NCBI GenBank assembly: GCA_965112735.1
Contig: OZ218951.1
Coordinates: forward strand, 3,596,001-3,660,000
DNA length: 64,000 bases
Origin: Phaeosaccion multiseriatum
Lineage: Eukaryota > Protista > Ochrophyta, other classes
Direction of reading: 5' to 3'
Numbering within the stretch: position 1 is the stretch's first letter; each line of letters begins with the position of its first letter. The notes beneath the pieces were generated by a model. It had not been told where the DNA came from. It saw nothing but the letters and a program-made list of their open reading frames with translations, and ran no database searches. This document shows, piece after piece, positions 61,438 through 64,000 of the stretch. The position numbers were made by a program, and so were the translations under genes.

Positions 61438-62440
61438 TCATCCGTGCTCACAAATGACGTACTCCCTTACTCCTTTTGTCTTATTTACGACGATTGACGA
61501 TTGTATCGTTCTGAGGGAAACATGATTCGTGATTATGGCGGCCGCTGGAGGCGTGTCGTGATTCTGTGCACCGCTACAGGCGTGATTCGTGACTGGGCGG
61601 TGCGCCTTAGAAATGTGGCAATGAATGACGTCATCATCGTTCTTGTACACCGCTACATAGCGTGATTCGTGCTTCTCGACGCCCTCCCTCAGAATCACGT
61701 CAGGGATCGACTGATGGTTCGCTTGCGCACGTATTGCCAGCAGCGAGTGGCAGCGAGCTGGGCCGCCAACGTCTGCTGTAAAGGTGGGTTCGAAGTTAGT
61801 GACAGGGGTAGGGCCCAGGCGTAGGGCCGGGGGTTGTGGGACTGACGAGATCGAAGGGACTTTTCGTATCGTTGTAGTTGAGTGGGAGGGGGAGGAGGGC
61901 AGCGGCGGCAGCATGGAGGGACTCAGACACGCTGTACATCATGGTGAAGGAATGTAAGACGAAACCGCACGTGGGGTGACGGGGGGTGGTATGTTCCTGC
62001 CTTGCCCCCCCGTGGTCATAGAGTCGAGCTTGGGCGGTTTTGGAGGGAATGGGGGAATGGGCCCAGCGCAAGCCGGGCAAAGCCAGGCTCCATCTGGCAC
62101 CTCTGTCATCGCAAAACAACGTGACCTGCCCTTCCACTTCGTCTTGACTGCATTCTGGCAGACGACGCAAGCAGTACCTTCGATCCCTGCCATGTTTTCA
62201 TGTGTCCTATAGACTTCCACCACATGGAAACAGGATACAGGTTTCGAGGTCGATTCGTCATCCAACCGAGGTCGACTTTCGTCTCGATTGGAGAAAGATG
62301 GAGTATCTACATCCAGACGTATGACTGCGCCAGGCCTGCTCTTTCCTCTGCCTCCGCGACTCGATTCTTCTCGATCCTAGATTGCAGATGAGCTCGGAGT
62401 TCCGGGTCTTTGCACGCAACGAGGTTCTTGCGTGGCTTCT
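61438..62440 (-). pseudogene. Fragmented ORFs with a partial PHD finger, possible transposon-derived relic
   Basis: CVVC...CFAMTEVPDGAWLCPAC; frame break near 62260. Confidence 0.35.
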
Positions 62441-62444
62441 TCTT

Positions 62445-62678
62445 TCGGCCCCTGACATGCTTCTGAGACAGGCCAGCCCAGAAGCAGGAAGCAGGCCGGC
62501 TGGCGCCGGCCAGAAGCAGGAAGCAGCCTTGGCCCTCATCATTGCCTTATTACATGGCTTTCCCCCAGAACCTGGAACCTGCCTGGCCGGCTGGCGCCGG
62601 CCAGAAGCAGGAAGCAGGCCGGCTGGCACCGGCCAGAAGCAGGAAGCAGGGTCGCCTCAGAAGCATGTCAGGGGCCGA
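62445..62678. mobile_element. MITE (234 bp) with 23-bp perfect TIRs and 7-bp TSD
   Basis: TCGGCCCCTGACATGCTTCTGAG at 62445-62467 and its reverse complement at 62656-62678. TCTTCTT lies on both flanks. Internal CCAGAAGCAGGAAGCAG repeats. Confidence 0.82.
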
Positions 62679-62883
62679 TCTTCTTCCCTCCGGATGAAGC
62701 CCCACCATTGCCTCCCTCCTCCCTACTTCTCTTCCTCCCTTTCGCGCTGGTGCTGTTCTGAATAATATTCTGTGAGGGACTTCTGAATGCTTTGTGTAAG
62801 GGTTCCAACTCACAGATGGCGAAGAATCACCACTTGCACTGGGACAACGTTCTGCGAGAGAGAAGAAGGGTAAAAGAAGGAAG

Positions 62884-64000
62884 ATGGTTTTCCTTCGAGC
62901 CTTCCTAATCGTCGCCATTGGATATGCAGCAGGGGGGCAGGGTTCGCAACCCGAGAAACCTTCGCAGCAGGAGCACCCTACCGAGCGGCAGCAGGAGCAG
63001 CAAGAGGATGGCTTCCCATACTATTACAAGCGTTTCCGAGACTTGCTGAGTAAGAGGAGGTATGAGGCTGCGATTCTGGACTTGAGCAAGGCGTTGGAGA
63101 TCCGGCCTCGCCACACCCAAGCCTTGGCGCAGAGGGGCAAGCTCCAGTTGCTGTTGGGGTACTGTGCGTTGGCGGTGGACGACTACCGGCTGTTGAAAGA
63201 GGTCGATGCCGGTGAGTAGTTTGTTTCCCCGCGACCAGAGTAACTTAGTCTTTGAGGAAGAAAGAGGCACCCCCCAAGATTCCTGCCTCATCTGCTTACC
63301 CTCTGCTCTGTTTTTCCAATACTTGATGGACAAGCCACCACACGCCCTACACCGCACCCTCTCCCTCCACACCCTCCACAACCGCTGCCCACCTCCACCT
63401 CTCCGGCCGCTGAACCGAACCTCTCCTACCACCACTTTCTCTGGGGCGTTTTTTGCTTAGGGCTTTATTGCTTAGTATAGTTCAAACTCGAGGATGGAAG
63501 GAGAAAGGCAGAAAGAGGCTTATTAGCTACCCCCCAAAATTCTCGTTCCAACCCTCGACAGCGCATAAGGATGTGGATGGAGGCTTACACGCGGCAGAAT
63601 CTTGCAGCAATTTCCTCCGCGGCAAAGAGGAGGCGTTTGCTGTGGGGGATTGGCAGCGGGCCATTGACAACATCGATGGGGCTTTGGAGCTGACCGAAAG
63701 TGCGCCCCACCTGCTGATGGACCGGGCGCGATGTTCGAATAAGCTGGAGAATTGGTACGAAGTCGTGGCGGACGCGGGGAGGGTTATAAAGCATGAGAGC
63801 ACCAACGTGGAGGCGCTTTTGATGCGAGGCTGGGCATACTACCGCCTGAACGATATGGACATGGCTGCAAACCATTTCCGGGAAATCCTAAAGTCTGACC
63901 CGGAGCACGGAGAAGCGAAAAAGGGCCACCACCATGTTCGGGCCATTGCGAAGAAGAATGCAAAGGCTGAGAAGAAATTCCAAGCCGCCGAGTACAAGGT
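62884..64000 (+). CDS. DNAJC3: ER co-chaperone P58IPK / DnaJ subfamily C member 3 (TPR region; 3' end lies outside the window)
   Basis: Signal peptide; YYYKR..LLSKRRYEAAILDLSKALEI; RGKLQLLLGYC; second exon TPRs with LKSDPEH. Confidence 0.75.

Overview
Gene-dense, GC-rich, intron-rich eukaryotic nuclear DNA, most likely a photosynthetic stramenopile (ochrophyte). The taxon is inferred from signal-peptide + 'AF' bipartite presequences, a Zn2Cys6 factor and meckelin. Recognisable spliced genes: CAP-Gly protein, ankyrin protein, meckelin/TMEM67, EGY-like M50 protease, FNIP-repeat protein, Urg1-type GTP cyclohydrolase II, a giant NACHT + EF-hand protein, a signal-peptide-bearing proteasome beta1 (PSMB6-like) subunit, a triple-PZP BRPF/JADE-like protein, Rab5, a P-loop kinase, a Kelch-kinase-HECT fusion, a Zn2Cys6 transcription factor, TFB5 and a partial DNAJC3. 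Mobile DNA: two MITEs with related termini and 7-bp target duplications, plus a 2.7-kb element with 37-bp TIRs. The most striking non-coding structure lies at 35.5-37.7 kb. It holds five identical 94-nt box C/D snoRNAs with a guide antisense to the LSU rRNA motif GGGGAAAGAAGA (SNORD12/snR190-like). Each sits in its own intron of an apparently non-coding, tandemly amplified host transcript that is head-to-head with the NACHT gene. All gene models were built by eye, so exon edges are approximate.
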